Source: Eledone cirrhosa (taxonomy: Eukaryota). From it: 64,000 bases of DNA. The notes under the pieces are model-generated. The model was not told where the DNA came from, searched no databases, and saw only the letters and a program-made list of their open reading frames with translations. Shown in pieces: positions 61,457 through 64,000 of this stretch. The DNA is taken from assembly GCA_964016885.1 (NCBI GenBank), contig OZ024745.1:20026001-20090000 (forward strand). The letters are read 5' to 3'. The position numbers and the translations under genes are program-made. Within the stretch, counting starts at the first letter, position 1; the number at the start of each line of letters is the position of its first letter.

Positions 61457-64000
61457 ATGATGGTGCTGTCATCATTGTTCTAATTATGATTGGTGCTGTC
61501 ATCACTGTTCTAATTATGATTGGTGCTGTCATCACTGTTCTAATTATGATTGGTGCTGTCATCACTGTTCTAATTATGATTGGTGCTGTCATCACTGTCC
61601 TAATTATGGTTGGTGCTGTCATCACTGTTCTAATTATTATTGGTGCTGTCATCACTGTTCTAACTATGATTGGTGCTGCCATCACTGTTCTAATTATGAT
61701 TGGTGCTGTCATCACTGTTCTAATTATGATTGGTGCTGTCATCACTGTTCTAATTATGATTGGTGCTGTCATCACTGTCCTAATTATGGTTGGTGCTGTC
61801 ATCACTGTTCTAATTATTATTGGTGCTGTCATCACTGTTCTAACTATGATTGGTGCTGTCATCACTGTTCTAATTATGATTGGTGCTGTCATCACTGTTC
61901 TAATTATGATTGGTGCTGTCATCACTGTCCTAATTATGGTTGGTGCTGTCATCACTGTTCTAATTATTATTGGTGCTGTCATCACTGTTCTAACTATGAT
62001 TGGTGCTGTCATCACTGTTCTAATTATGATTGGTGCTGTCATCACTGTTCTAACTATGATTGGTGCTGTCATCACTGTTCTAATTATGATTGGTGCTGTC
62101 ATCACTGTCCTAATTATGGTTGGTGCTGTCATCACTGTTCTAATTATTATTGGTGCTGTCATCACTGTTCTAACTATGATTGGTGCTGTCATCACTGTTC
62201 TAATTATGATTGGTGCTGTCATCACTGTTCTAATTATGATTGGTGCTGTCATCACTGTTCTAATTATGATTGGTGCTGTCATCACTGTTCTAATTATGAT
62301 TGGTGCTGTCATCACTGTCCTAATTATGGTTGGTGCTGTCATCACTGTTCTAATTATTATTGGTGCTGTCATCACTGTTCTAACTATGATTGGTGCTGTC
62401 ATCACTGTTCTAATTATGATTGGTGCTGTCATCACTGTTCTAATTATGATTGGTGCTGTCATCACTGTTCTAATTATGATTGGTGCTGTCATCACTGTTC
62501 TAATTATGATTGGTGCTGTCATCACTGTCCTAATTATGGTTGGTGCTGTCATCACTGTTCTAATTATTATTGGTGCTGTCATCACTGTTCTAACTATGAT
62601 TGGTGCTGTCATCACTGTTCTAATTATGATTGGTGCTGTCATCACTGTTCTAACTATGATTGGTGCTGTCATCACTGTTCTAATTATGATTGGTGCTGTC
62701 ATCACTGTCCTAATTATGGTTGGTGCTGTCATCACTGTTCTAATTATTATTGGTGCTGTCATCACTGTTCTAACTATGATTGGTGCTGTCATCACTGTTC
62801 TAATTATGATTGGTGCTGTCATCACTGTTCTAATTATGATTGGTGCTGTCATCACTGTTCTAATTATGATTGGTGCTGTCATCACTGTTCTAATTATGAT
62901 TGGTGCTGTCATCACTGTCCTAATTATGGTTGGTGCTGTCATCACTGTTCTAATTATTATTGGTGCTGTCATCACTGTTCTAACTATGATTGGTGCTGTC
63001 ATCACTGTTCTAATTATGATTGGTGCTGTCATCACTGTTCTAATTATGATTGGTGCTGTCATCACTGTTCTAATTATGATTGGTGCTGTCATCACTGTTC
63101 TAATTATGATTGGTGCTGTCATCACTGTCCTAATTATGGTTGGTGCTGTCATCACTGTTCTAATTATTATTGGTGCTGTCATCACTGTTCTAACTATGAT
63201 TGGTGCTGTCATCACTGTTCTAATTATGATTGGTGCTGTCATCACTGTTCTAACTATGATTGGTGCTGTCATCACTGTTCTAATTATGATTGGTGCTGTC
63301 ATCACTGTCCTAATTATGGTTGGTGCTGTCATCACTGTTCTAATTATTATTGGTGCTGTCATCACTGTTCTAACTATGATTGGTGCTGTCATCACTGTTC
63401 TAATTATGATTGGTGCTGTCATCACTGTTCTAATTATGATTGGTGCTGTCATCACTGTCCTAATTATGATTGGTGCTGTCATCACTGTCCTAACTATGAT
63501 TGGTGCTGTCATCACTGTTCTAATTATGATTGGTGCTGTCATCACTGTTCTAATTATGATTGGTGCTGTCATCACTGTTCTAATTATGATTGGTGCTGTC
63601 ATCACTGTTCTAATTATGATTGGTGCTGTCATCACTGTTCTAATTATGATTGGTGCTGTCATCACTGTTCTAATTATTATTGGTGCTGTCATCACTGTCC
63701 TAATTATGGTTGGTGCTGTCATCACTGTTCTAATTATGATTGGTGCTGTCATCACTGTCCTAATTATGGTTGGTGCTGTCATCACTGTTCTAATTATTAT
63801 TGGTGCTGTCATCACTGTTCTAACTATGATTGGTGCTGTCATCACTGTTCTAATTATGATTGGTGCTGTCATCACTGTTCTAATTATGATTGGTGCTGTC
63901 ATCACTGTTCTAATTATGATTGGTGCTGTCATTACTGTTCTAATTATGATTGGTGCTGTCATCACTGTTCTAATTATGATTGGTGCTGTCATCACTGTTC
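61457..64000. repeat. 30-bp minisatellite, at least 84 copies, with a 600-bp higher-order period; runs off the window
   Basis: Unit tggtgctgtcatcactgttctaattatgat. Confidence 0.97.

Noticed and set aside
61455-63995. 846-aa minus-strand ORF (MTAPIIIRTV)n
   Set aside because: 30-bp array that lacks stops in one frame; no unique domain or splice context.

Overview
Eukaryotic, AT-rich and repeat-dense DNA. The repeat landscape (RTE LINEs with (ATG)n tails, Nin/Deu- and CORE/Meta-like tRNA SINEs, (TA)n tracts) resembles a mollusc, most likely an octopus; the taxon is an inference. The only host coding sequence I can support is two + strand exons of a casein kinase I gamma (CSNK1G/gilgamesh) gene, at 21558-21706 and 47518-47752, joined in frame across a 25.8-kb intron. 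The flanking exons were not found, so the whole window is probably inside this gene. The rest is mobile and tandem DNA: an intact RTE ORF with a PHD-like finger inside the RT region, a 5'-inverted RTE insertion with an 11-bp TSD, a decayed Penelope-like element carrying a minimal type I hammerhead ribozyme, a bipartite non-autonomous RTE with a possible HDV-like ribozyme remnant, CRE-like 3' ends, mariner-like and piggyBac-like MITEs, and many SINEs. There are also six larger minisatellite arrays (18, 24, 27, 30, 36 and 48 bp units), several apparently seeded from transposon sequence and two with higher-order structure. The long repeat ORFs in the track are judged to be artefacts of these arrays. 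No clearly new multi-gene system is evident; the strongest leads are the RNA structures and retroelement architecture.
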